A stretch of DNA of 64,000 nucleotides from Bradymonadia bacterium (GTDB taxonomy: Bacteria; Myxococcota_A; Bradymonadia; UBA7976; UBA1532): the NCBI GenBank assembly GCA_046290225.1, contig JBKAGE010000036.1, positions 288,001-352,000 of the forward strand, given 5' to 3'. Under the pieces are notes generated by a model. The model had not been told where the DNA came from. It saw only the letters and a program-made list of their open reading frames with translations, and did not search any database. Of this stretch, positions 55,144 through 64,000 are shown in pieces (the first letter of the stretch is position 1; each line of letters opens with the position of its first letter). Position numbers and translations under genes: made by a program.

Positions 55144-56403
55144 ATGACCGCTCAGCCCAAATCAGAGTTCCTCAACATCGTCCTCCGGCGTGGCTTCATG
55201 CACCAGTGCACCGATCTCGAGGCACTCGACGAAGCCTTCATGAAGGGACACGTGACGGGCTATGTGGGCTTCGATGCCACCGCAGACTCGCTCCACGCCG
55301 GCAGCCTCGTGTCGATCATGTTGTTGTACTGGCTTCAGTACTGCGGCCACCGTCCTCTCGTGCTCATGGGCGGTGGCACCACCAAGGTGGGTGATCCCTC
55401 GGGCAAAGACGAAAGCCGTCAGCTGCTCACCGCCGATCGCATCGAGCAGAACATCGCCTCCATCAAGGGCATCTTCGACAAGGTCATCGACTTCAGGGGT
55501 GATGGTCCCGACAGCGGCATCTTCCTCAACAACGCCGAGTGGCTCGATGCCCTGGAGTACGTGCCCTTCTTGAGAGACGTGGGCCGCCACTTCACCATCA
55601 ACCGCATGCTCACCATGGACTCGGTGCGGTTGCGCCTCGATCGCGAGCAGCCCCTGAGCTTCCTTGAGTTCAACTACATGCTGCTGCAGGCCTACGACTT
55701 CGCCGAGCTCAACAAGCGCTACGGCTGCACCCTGCAGATGGGCGGCTCTGATCAGTGGGGCAACATCACCCAAGGCATCGACCTCGGTCGCCGCATGCAC
55801 GGCGCCAGCCTGTTCGGCCTCACCACCCCCCTCATCACCACCGCTTCTGGGGCGAAGATGGGGAAGACGGCCGCTGGCGCGGTGTGGCTCAACCCTGATC
55901 GACTCTCGGCCTACGACTACTACCAGTACTGGCGCAACGTCGAAGACGCCGACGTGGGTCGGTTCCTGCGCCTGTTCACCATGGTGCGTCTCGAGGAGAT
56001 CGAGCGCCTCGAGGCCCTCAAGGGTCAGGAGATCAACGAGGCCAAGAAGGTCCTCGCCCGTGAGGCCTGCGCCATCGTGCACGGCCGAGAAGCCGCAGTC
56101 GCCGCGGAGACCACCGCCCTGGAGACCTTCGAAAAGGGGGCCAGCGCCGCAGGTCTGCCCACCTTCGACGTACCTCAGGGCAACCTGGACGCCGGGGTGA
56201 AGATCATCGAGCTCTTCGTTCAGGCGGGGCTGGCGAAGTCCAACGGCGAGGCCCGACGCCTGATTCGTCAGGGCGGCGCCAAGGTGAACGACACTCAGTT
56301 CAAAGACGAGCACGGCAGCCTCACCGCCTCCGATCTCAACGGCGAGGGGGTCATCAAGCTCTCCGCCGGCAAGAAACGCCACGCCCTGATCCGCCCAGCC
56401 TGA
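55144..56403 (+). CDS. tyrS: Tyrosine--tRNA ligase
   Basis: [13 protein letters not shown] (HIGH variant), [16 protein letters not shown] and a C-terminal S4 domain. Confidence 0.98.
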   Translation: MTAQPKSEFLNIVLRRGFMHQCTDLEALDEAFMKGHVTGYVGFDATADSLHAGSLVSIMLLYWLQYCGHRPLVLMGGGTTKVGDPSGKDESRQLLTADRIEQNIASIKGIFDKVIDFRGDGPDSGIFLNNAEWLDALEYVPFLRDVGRHFTINRMLTMDSVRLRLDREQPLSFLEFNYMLLQAYDFAELNKRYGCTLQMGGSDQWGNITQGIDLGRRMHGASLFGLTTPLITTASGAKMGKTAAGAVWLNPDRLSAYDYYQYWRNVEDADVGRFLRLFTMVRLEEIERLEALKGQEINEAKKVLAREACAIVHGREAAVAAETTALETFEKGASAAGLPTFDVPQGNLDAGVKIIELFVQAGLAKSNGEARRLIRQGGAKVNDTQFKDEHGSLTASDLNGEGVIKLSAGKKRHALIRPA

Positions 56404-56413
56404 GAGAGTACCC

Positions 56414-57448
56414 ATGCGACTGCTCGCCGGTGACGTCGGAGGCACCCACACCCGCCTCACGCTGTACGAAGGCCCCGCTGATCAGCCTCCCCAGGCATCG
56501 GCCACCGCGGTCTACAAGAGCCAGGAGTTCACCGATCTCGCCCCGGTGATCCGCGCCTTCCTCCGAGAGCACGCCCTGGCACCGCCAGAGGGCGCCTGCA
56601 TCGGCGTCGCGGGCCCTGTCCGCCAGGGGCGGGTGCGGCTGACCAATGTGAACTGGCAGCTCGATGCGATCCGGCTCAGCGCCGACCTCGGGTTCCCTAT
56701 CACGTTGATCAACGACTTCCACGCTCAGGCGGCGGCGATCCCTCACCTGGGGCCCCACGATCTCGTGGCTCTCGAGACCAACGGCTCTGCAGAGCCCGAG
56801 GCAGAAGAGGGCGCGCCCATCGCCATCCTCGGCCCAGGCACAGGTCTTGGTGAGGCGCTGCTGATTCCCGAAACGCACGGCGGCTACCGTGTACTGCCCA
56901 CCGAGGGCGGCCACAGCCGGTTCGCCCCCCGGGACGAGCGGGAGATCGGCCTGCTCCGAAGCCTGTGGCAGACATTCCCGGAGCACGTGAGCGTAGAGCG
57001 CGTGCTCAGCGGCAATGGTCTGGTGGCCATCTACGACTACCTGCGGGGCGACACCCCCAGGCGGCCCGAGATGGCCACCACAGATCCTGCGGCGGTCATC
57101 ACCACGCAGGCCCTCGCCCGTGGCTGCCCCATCTGCGTCGAGGCCGTGGAGATGTTCGTCGCCATCCTCGGCGACGAAGCTGCGAACCTCGCCCTCAAGA
57201 GCAACGCCGGCGGCGGTGTCTACATCGCAGGTGGCATCGGCCCCCGCATCGCCCCCCTGATGCAGGGCACCTTCCGTCGTGCCTTCATCACCAAGGGCCG
57301 TTTCGGCAGCTGGTTGAGGGGTGTGCCCACGTGGCTGATCATCCGCACCGACTCGGGCATGCTCGGCGCCTGGGCTGAGGCCCACCGGCTCGCGAGCCAG
57401 CCCCACGAGCAGTCGCCCGAGAGATCGCTGATGGAGAGCGAAGACTGA
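56414..57448 (+). CDS. glk: Glucokinase
   Basis: GDVGGT, AGPV, INDF, GPGTGLG, EGGH and ERVLSG. Confidence 0.95.
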   Translation: MRLLAGDVGGTHTRLTLYEGPADQPPQASATAVYKSQEFTDLAPVIRAFLREHALAPPEGACIGVAGPVRQGRVRLTNVNWQLDAIRLSADLGFPITLINDFHAQAAAIPHLGPHDLVALETNGSAEPEAEEGAPIAILGPGTGLGEALLIPETHGGYRVLPTEGGHSRFAPRDEREIGLLRSLWQTFPEHVSVERVLSGNGLVAIYDYLRGDTPRRPEMATTDPAAVITTQALARGCPICVEAVEMFVAILGDEAANLALKSNAGGGVYIAGGIGPRIAPLMQGTFRRAFITKGRFGSWLRGVPTWLIIRTDSGMLGAWAEAHRLASQPHEQSPERSLMESED

Positions 57449-59721
57449 TGCGGAATTCCGAGAGCCGATGGCTGACGGCCCCCACGCGCCTCGCCCAGGA
57501 CCGACTCGTCGTCGGCGCCCTGCTCCTGGCGTTGCTGGCCCTCTACATGCCCAACCTCGGCGGCTATGGCCTCTATGACCCCTGGGAGACCCACTACGGT
57601 GAGGTGGCCCGGAACATGGTCGAGACCGGAAACTACATCGATCCCTTCTGGGGCGCCCCCTGGGATCCGAACGGGGTGAAGCGCGAGCGCGCGGGCTTCT
57701 ACAGCAAGCCGCCGCTGACGATGTGGCTCATGGCCGCGGGCATGAACATCGCCGGCTACAACGAGTGGGGTGTGCGGCTGCTCTTCCCCGTACTGGCCAT
57801 CATGGCCCTGCTGGCCATCTACCTCGCCGTGTCGAGGCTGAAACATCGCCGGGCGGGGCTCATCGCCGTCACCGTCACCGGCACGATACCGTTCTATACA
57901 TTCTTGAGTCGTCAGGCCGTCACCGATGGCCCCATGGTGTCCCTCATGGTGCTCGCCGCCATGGCTCTGGGGCTTGGCCTCTTCGCTTGCGAAGACGATG
58001 ACAGCCCACCGAGCCCAGCGCTTTATTGGGGCACGCTCACCCTGGCCATGGTGGTCATGCTCGGCCAGCTGTGGGCCATGCTGCCCATGGATCGCAGCCC
58101 CGACACCATCCGACCCTACCCGGGCGACGGCGGGTTCTTCATCGCCATCCAGTGGTTCTTCCGCGATCTCTTCTGGGTGGGCCGCGGCAAGGGTTGGGTC
58201 ATCGCCCTGGTCTTGATGCCCCTGGCGGTCTTCACCGCCCTGCGCATCGCCCGCCAGAGGCGCCGGCAGATGCTCTACATCTACCTGTTTTACATCTTCG
58301 TGGGCCTCGTGGTGCCGGCGAAGGGTTGGGTGGCCTGGGCCCCCCTCGGCGGGGCCATTGTCGGCTACCTGCTCATCACCGGCGAGTGGCATCGGCTCAA
58401 GCAGGTCGACATCCCTGGTGGGCTGCTCATCGTCTTCATGACTGGGCATCCGTGGATCATCGCCATGCTCGGAGGGCACCACCCGGGGTGGTACAACCGT
58501 TTTGTGGTGCACGATCACTACAAGCGGCTCTTCGAGAAGGTGCACAGCACCGACGACGGCGCCTTCGAGTACTTCGTCAAGTGGATCGGCTACGGCTTGT
58601 TCCCCTGGATCGGGTTACTGCCTGCAGCCATCGCCCGGATGGTGGGGTTGCGCAAGGGCCCCGACGGCTACACCAAACTGCAGAAGTTCGAGATCTTCAT
58701 CTTTGTGTGGGCCATCTTCGGCTTCATGATGTTCTCCAAGTCGGGGACCAAGTTCCATCACTACATCTTCCCAGCGATCCCGCCCCTGTGCATCTTGCTG
58801 GCCCTCGCCCTCGACGATCTCATCGACCGGGCCCCTCGAGGTGCTTCGGTGCTGCTCATGGGCGGCGCTCTGATCACTGTGTGGGTCGGTCAGGACCTCT
58901 ATCGCATGCCCACCCGGCACGGTGAGGCCAGCCAGAACCTGGTGAACCTCTTCACCTACAAATATGACCGCGAGTGGCCCGAATACACTCCACCAGAAGA
59001 GCTCGCCGAAGCCCGTGCAGCCCTGGCCACTGCGCCCGATGCAGAGGGCCCAGATGTAGACAAAAAAGACAAACCACCCATGACTGCGGAGCAGCTGGCC
59101 TTCGCCGAAGAAGACAATGCATTCCTCTTCGAGCTCTCGGGCCCACTGTTCTGGATGACCTGGATGGGGGCCATCGGCCTGGGCGCCATGGCGCTCTTCG
59201 GCGGTTGGATCAGAGAGTACGGTGGGGTCGTGGTGGCCCTCGGCGGGCTTTGGTGCGCCATGTATTGCCTGCACACCTATCTACCTGTGGTCTCACACCA
59301 CTGGAGCCAGAAAGGCATGTGGGACACGTACTACAGTCAGTGCACGCCTTTCGAAGAAGGCGACACTCTGGGCTATCGACAACACATGTTGGGCCATCTC
59401 GGTCGAGTCCCGAAGCGGGCAGACATGTTCCCCAGGGTGAAGTGCAAAGAGCCCATCATCGCCTTCCGAACCAACTGGCGCGGTGAGACTTTCTACTCCG
59501 CCAACACCACGCTGCCGGTCATCGAGACCAAGTTCATGAAGCAGTTCTTCGCCCAGTGGGGCGAGCACCAGCCCTTCTACCTCTTCACTGAGCGCAGCCG
59601 GGTGAAGTCGGAGCTGGAGCCCAATTTGCCCAAGCACCTCAAGGGCAAGGGACAAGAAGTCTTCGGTGCCAACCGCAAGTTCGTCCTGTTCCGCTTCGAC
59701 CCCCCGCCGGCGTCACAGTAG
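57448..59721 (+). CDS. ArnT/PMT-like (GT-C) membrane glycosyltransferase
   Basis: DPWETHYGEVARNM, SKPPL..W, KG, FPW and TKFHHYIFP; many TMs. Confidence 0.88.
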   Translation: MRNSESRWLTAPTRLAQDRLVVGALLLALLALYMPNLGGYGLYDPWETHYGEVARNMVETGNYIDPFWGAPWDPNGVKRERAGFYSKPPLTMWLMAAGMNIAGYNEWGVRLLFPVLAIMALLAIYLAVSRLKHRRAGLIAVTVTGTIPFYTFLSRQAVTDGPMVSLMVLAAMALGLGLFACEDDDSPPSPALYWGTLTLAMVVMLGQLWAMLPMDRSPDTIRPYPGDGGFFIAIQWFFRDLFWVGRGKGWVIALVLMPLAVFTALRIARQRRRQMLYIYLFYIFVGLVVPAKGWVAWAPLGGAIVGYLLITGEWHRLKQVDIPGGLLIVFMTGHPWIIAMLGGHHPGWYNRFVVHDHYKRLFEKVHSTDDGAFEYFVKWIGYGLFPWIGLLPAAIARMVGLRKGPDGYTKLQKFEIFIFVWAIFGFMMFSKSGTKFHHYIFPAIPPLCILLALALDDLIDRAPRGASVLLMGGALITVWVGQDLYRMPTRHGEASQNLVNLFTYKYDREWPEYTPPEELAEARAALATAPDAEGPDVDKKDKPPMTAEQLAFAEEDNAFLFELSGPLFWMTWMGAIGLGAMALFGGWIREYGGVVVALGGLWCAMYCLHTYLPVVSHHWSQKGMWDTYYSQCTPFEEGDTLGYRQHMLGHLGRVPKRADMFPRVKCKEPIIAFRTNWRGETFYSANTTLPVIETKFMKQFFAQWGEHQPFYLFTERSRVKSELEPNLPKHLKGKGQEVFGANRKFVLFRFDPPPASQ

Positions 59722-59748
59722 TCAACTCGCAGCGATGGTGAGTGTGGC

Positions 59749-60360
59749 CTACCCCGTGAGGCCGAACAGCATCTCACCGAGGCGTTGACGCAGGCTCTGG
59801 TAGGCAGAAGCCGCCAGGATGAACATCACATAGCCCTGACTCCGGCTCTCTTTGAGCGTGAAGTCGATCTGCACCATGATGAACTGTTGCCGCGCCCGGG
59901 ATTTGATCTGGCCCATGAGCGTGTTGTTGTCGCCCTGGAACCAACGGGGCAACCCAGTTTGCAGCTCCATGCCGAAGGTGTCGGCAAAAGACGCCAGGCA
60001 CGCGTTGAGGATGATGTTCCCCACCTCGCTCAAGGCTTCGAATTCCAGCTCGGTCAGCTCTTGTCCGCACTGATCGTTGAGCAGCGCGTGCACCAGACTG
60101 TGGCTGTTCTCATCGGGGAAGATGAGCAAGCCTTCGCCATCCAAAGGGCCATGGAACCCCTGTGAGATGGCAGTGATGTCATCGGGAAACTGGACTCGGG
60201 CGTAAGCCTCCACCTGAGCCTCGTCACAGATCTCCACCTGGGGGAGCGACAACAGCACCTCTTCCCGAGCCATCTGGCTCAGAGCGTCGGCGGCTTGCCC
60301 CAGGCCCATGTTCAAGAGCTCACCGAGGGCATCTTTGAACATGGCGTCGTCGAGGGCCAT
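59749..60360 (-). CDS. cheC: CheC-family phosphatase
   Basis: Two S/G-E-x-x-N motifs (ELLNMG and SEVGNI). Confidence 0.85.
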   Translation of the reverse strand: MALDDAMFKDALGELLNMGLGQAADALSQMAREEVLLSLPQVEICDEAQVEAYARVQFPDDITAISQGFHGPLDGEGLLIFPDENSHSLVHALLNDQCGQELTELEFEALSEVGNIILNACLASFADTFGMELQTGLPRWFQGDNNTLMGQIKSRARQQFIMVQIDFTLKESRSQGYVMFILAASAYQSLRQRLGEMLFGLTG

Positions 60361-60719
60361 CAGACACCCTCGATGAAGTGCTGCAACTTCGCCGGCGACA
60401 CGGGCTTGCCGATGAAGGTGTACCCCTGCTCTGCAGCACGGTTCTGAATCCGCGCCTGCACATTTGCCGTGAGGAGGGCGATGGGTACCTCAGGGTACTT
60501 CTCTCTCACCTGTGCGGCCGTTTCGAAGCCGTCCAGACCCGGCATATTGATGTCGATGAGCAGGGCATCAGGTACCTGCTCCTCTGTCTTGTTGATGGCC
60601 TCTTCACCGTTACTCGCGTCAACCACTTGCCACTCGGGCTTCAAGTTGAGCAGCGCGCTCCGCGCCCACAGGCGTGCGGTCATGCTGTCGTCAACGATGT
60701 AGATGGTCTTCTCGCTCAT
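60360..60719 (-). CDS. Single-domain response regulator (CheY-like)
   Basis: IVDDS, LIDINMP, LTAN and KP; GGAGG RBS. Confidence 0.9.
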   Translation of the reverse strand: MSEKTIYIVDDSMTARLWARSALLNLKPEWQVVDASNGEEAINKTEEQVPDALLIDINMPGLDGFETAAQVREKYPEVPIALLTANVQARIQNRAAEQGYTFIGKPVSPAKLQHFIEGV

Positions 60720-60867
60720 CGCCGAGCCTCCTGCGTTGGGGGTGGATCGTTCATCGACCGGCAGGAGGCTCGACTTTACCTGGAGGCATGCACAGGCCTC
60801 ATATTCTGGCTTTAGCGGCACCCTGCACGTGCCGAAAAATGGGCTATGTGATGGCAGGAGACATGTC

Positions 60868-62586
60868 TTGACGACCGACGAGCCCAGCCAGGAGCCCCCC
60901 CGCTCTCTGGCTCACAGCGCCCTCGACGTGCTCGATCTGGGGGTCTTCGTCCTCGACTCGGCGCAGCGGTTCACTGCGTGGAACGAGTGGATGAGCCGCC
61001 ATGCCGACCGCGCAGAGCCCTCTGTGCTCGGGCAACAGTTTTTGTCGATCTTCCCTCAGATGGCCAGCCATCGACTGGGTCAGGCTGTGGAGCAGGCGCT
61101 CAAATACGGGATGTCTTCGAAGCTCTCCCAGGCGCTGCACATCGCCCCCTTGCCGCTCTACCCAGCCGACGCGCGGGGCTTCGGTGCTCGGCGCATCGAT
61201 CAGATGATCCATGTGCGACCTCTGGACACTGCCGAGGGGCGCCAGTGCATGGTGGAGGTGCACGACGTCACCGCCACAGCCCGCCGTGAGCGTCAGCTTC
61301 GACAGCAGGCGAAGCACATGGAGAGCCTCGCCCGCGAGGCAGAGCAGGCCCGTGACGATGCCAGGCTTCAAGCACGACAGCTCGAACAGACCAACGACGC
61401 CCTGAACCGCGCCCGGAACGAAGCCATCAAGCTCAGTCAGGAGCACAATGACTTCCTGGCCATGATGAACCACGAGGTCCATGGGCCGCTCAACCAGGTC
61501 ATGGCCGCCCTCAACGATCTCGAAGCATCCGAACTCAAGCTACACCAGACGAAACGCCTCAACGGGGCCCGGCAGGCCACTGAAGATCTCAGTCGTCTCA
61601 TCGGCGACGTGCTCGAACTACATCAGCTCAAAGCGCAGAAACCTCAGGGTGTACGGGTGCCCTTCGAGCCTGAGCAGCTCAAGCAGCAACTGCTGACACA
61701 GTTTGCACCCATGGCAGGTGCCAAACATCTCAACCTGGACATCGAGATAGACCCTCATGTGCCTGGGGTGCTGCTCGGAGACTTGGATCGTCTCAGCCAA
61801 ATCATGGAGCGGCTGATCCACAACGCCATCCGCTTCACCACCACAGGCCGTGTGCAGGTGAGCTTCAAGAGCGTGGACGACATCGCTCCCGGGCAACTGC
61901 GTCTGCTTTGCTCAGTGGCCGACACCGGCCCTGGCATCCCCACGGATGCTCGACGAAAAATCTTCGATCCGTTCATTCAGTTGTCTTCTCGCGCCGGTGG
62001 AGCGGGCCTGGGGCTCGCTTTGGCGCGTCAACTCTCCACTGCCCTCAAAGGGCGCATCTGGGTCGAGAGCGAAGTCGACGAGGGGTCTTGCTTTCACGTG
62101 ACCCTGCCCATGAAGCGCCCCCACACTCACGGGCTCAGCACGCACAACACGACCCGACACATCATGACGCCGCCGCCTCTGGAGCCTCTGGAGATCTTGT
62201 TGGCTCAGAGCGATTTGCTCGGACAGCAGGCACTGGAAGATCAGCTCACCCACCGCCAGCACAGCGTTGTGCTCGCTCCAGACATGCAGCGTGCCCTCGA
62301 CAGCTTCGTCGACCACCGCTTCGACGTCATCCTGCTCGATGTGGCACTGCTGAACTCAGGAGAAGGCGCTCTGGGGATGATGCTCAAAAGAAGGGCGGGG
62401 CTCAGAGGATACGAGCCCCTCGTGGTGGTCTTCGACGTGCCGCAGAGCCGAATGACGGATGTGCGTGCGGATCGAGGCGTCGACCTGGTCATCGAACCCC
62501 CTTTATCCCTGCACAGACTGGAGCGTGCGCTGCTTCAGTATCTGCCAAAGAAAGCCACCGCCGCAGGCCGGCGGCTGATGGGCTGA
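60868..62586 (+). CDS. PAS-domain hybrid histidine kinase with degenerate receiver
   Basis: PAS (AWNEWM...LGQQFLSIFP), NHEVHGPLN, NAIRFT, DTGPG and GAGLGL; TTG start inferred from the GGAG RBS. Confidence 0.85.
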   Translation: MTTDEPSQEPPRSLAHSALDVLDLGVFVLDSAQRFTAWNEWMSRHADRAEPSVLGQQFLSIFPQMASHRLGQAVEQALKYGMSSKLSQALHIAPLPLYPADARGFGARRIDQMIHVRPLDTAEGRQCMVEVHDVTATARRERQLRQQAKHMESLAREAEQARDDARLQARQLEQTNDALNRARNEAIKLSQEHNDFLAMMNHEVHGPLNQVMAALNDLEASELKLHQTKRLNGARQATEDLSRLIGDVLELHQLKAQKPQGVRVPFEPEQLKQQLLTQFAPMAGAKHLNLDIEIDPHVPGVLLGDLDRLSQIMERLIHNAIRFTTTGRVQVSFKSVDDIAPGQLRLLCSVADTGPGIPTDARRKIFDPFIQLSSRAGGAGLGLALARQLSTALKGRIWVESEVDEGSCFHVTLPMKRPHTHGLSTHNTTRHIMTPPPLEPLEILLAQSDLLGQQALEDQLTHRQHSVVLAPDMQRALDSFVDHRFDVILLDVALLNSGEGALGMMLKRRAGLRGYEPLVVVFDVPQSRMTDVRADRGVDLVIEPPLSLHRLERALLQYLPKKATAAGRRLMG

Positions 62587-62593
62587 GGCAAAC

Positions 62594-64000
62594 TCACTTC
62601 ACGACGAAGTTGATCATCCGACCCGGGACGAAGATCTCGCGCTTCAGGTCGCCACTGGCGAGGTGTTTGCCCACATTGGGCAGAGCCCGGGCTGCAGCGA
62701 GGGCGTCGTCCTTGGCGACATCCTTGGCCAGCTCGAGCTGACCACGAACCTTGCCGTTGACCTGGATGGCGTAGCGCACAGTGTCATCGACGGTGAGCGC
62801 GGCGTCGAAGGCAGGCCACGGCACGTAGCTGATGCTCTCGGCGTGACCCAGACGGGCCCAGAGTTCCTCGGCGATGTGCGGCGCGAACGGCGCCAGCAGC
62901 TGACAGAAAGGCGTCAGCACGCTGCGCGGGCGCACCTTCAACGGCGTCAGATGGTTCACCAGTTCCATCATGGCGGCGATGGCGGTGTTCAGCCGCAGGG
63001 CCTCGATGTCTTCGGTGACCTTCTTGATGGTCTTGTGCAGCACCTTCAAGGTGGCCTTGTCCGGGGCGTCGTCTGTGACCACCAGAGCATCGGTCTCCTC
63101 GTCCACGTACAGACGCCATGCCCGGTTGAGGAACTTCCGCACCCCCTCGACCCCCTTGGTGGCCCAGGGCTTGGTGGCCTCGAGGGGCCCCATGAACATC
63201 TCGTACAGGCGCAGGGCGTCGGCGCCGTGCTCGGCGATGACGTCGTCGGGGTTCACCACGTTGCCCCGGGACTTGGACATCTTCTGCCCGTCTTCGCCGA
63301 GGATCATGCCCTGGTGCACCAGCTTCACGAAGGGCTCCAAGGTGCTCACAGCGCCCACGTCGTAGAGCACCTTGTGCCAGAAGCGCGCGTAGAGCAGGTG
63401 CAGCACCGCGTGCTCGGCGCCCCCGATGTAGAGATCGACGGGCATCCAGTGCTTCTCGAGCTCGGGATCGATGAGGGCGTCGTTGTTGTGGGGGTCGATG
63501 TACCGCAGGTAGTACCAGCACGATCCAGCCCACTGAGGCATGGTGTTGGTCTCTCGGCGACCCTTCCGGCCATCGGGCAGAGTGACGTTCACCCAGTCTT
63601 CGATGGTGGACAGCGGGCTCTCGCCGGTGCCCGAGGGCTGGTAAGACTCCACCTCGGGTAAACGCACGGGCAGGTCCGCGTCGTCCACCACCACGATCTC
63701 GCCATCCTCAGCGTGAATCACCGGGAAGGGCTCACCCCAGTAGCGCTGGCGGCTGAACAGCCAGTCCCGCAGCTTGAAGTTGATGGTGCCCTTGCCCACC
63801 TTCTCACCCTCGAGCCACTCGATGATCTTCGCCTTGGCGTCGGTCACGGCGAGCTCGTCGAGCATGCCGCTGTTGATGAGGGTGCCGTCACCGCTGTAGG
63901 CCGACTCGCTGATGTCGCCCCCACTGATGACCTGCACGATGGGCAGATCGAAGGCCTTGGCGAACTCGTAGTCGCGCTGATCGTGGGCGGGCACCGACAT
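62594..64000 (-). CDS. leuS: Leucine--tRNA ligase (C-terminal part; 5' end outside the window)
   Basis: DWLFSRQRYWG, TMPQWAGSCWY, GGAEHAVLHLLY, KMSKS and QVNGK. Confidence 0.98.
   Translation of the reverse strand: MSVPAHDQRDYEFAKAFDLPIVQVISGGDISESAYSGDGTLINSGMLDELAVTDAKAKIIEWLEGEKVGKGTINFKLRDWLFSRQRYWGEPFPVIHAEDGEIVVVDDADLPVRLPEVESYQPSGTGESPLSTIEDWVNVTLPDGRKGRRETNTMPQWAGSCWYYLRYIDPHNNDALIDPELEKHWMPVDLYIGGAEHAVLHLLYARFWHKVLYDVGAVSTLEPFVKLVHQGMILGEDGQKMSKSRGNVVNPDDVIAEHGADALRLYEMFMGPLEATKPWATKGVEGVRKFLNRAWRLYVDEETDALVVTDDAPDKATLKVLHKTIKKVTEDIEALRLNTAIAAMMELVNHLTPLKVRPRSVLTPFCQLLAPFAPHIAEELWARLGHAESISYVPWPAFDAALTVDDTVRYAIQVNGKVRGQLELAKDVAKDDALAAARALPNVGKHLASGDLKREIFVPGRMINFVVK

Overview
High-GC window of core chromosome. 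Gene content (Ser/Thr kinase, PEGA, PKD and TPR proteins; the ccsA-hemA-hemC-cobA/hemD order; DUF1844) suggests a Myxococcota/Bradymonadia-like deltaproteobacterium. Housekeeping genes: heme synthesis, trxA, mreBCD plus mrdA-rodA, a PpiD/SurA-like chaperone, pabB, lpxC, htrA, tyrS, glk and a partial leuS. Accessory parts: (i) an operon of a Tat-exported Rieske lipoprotein, a Cyc2-like monoheme cytochrome/beta-barrel fusion, YceI and two small exported or membrane proteins; (ii) a ~2600-aa secreted PKD-repeat protein with a structured leader; (iii) a thiolase resembling trypanosomatid SCP2-thiolase, inserted on the opposite strand between mreD and mrdA; (iv) a ~17-kb signalling block with two kinase-fold proteins that lack catalytic motifs, two PP2C phosphatases, a degenerate vWA protein, a two-component pair, TldD and PEGA. 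The block contains an intergenic array of a constant 12-mer separated by different mini-hairpins (40882-41068) and a long rod-like inverted-repeat structure (35685-35812). No rRNA, tRNA, CRISPR or transposase was found. All calls rest on motif reading and recall; no database search was run.
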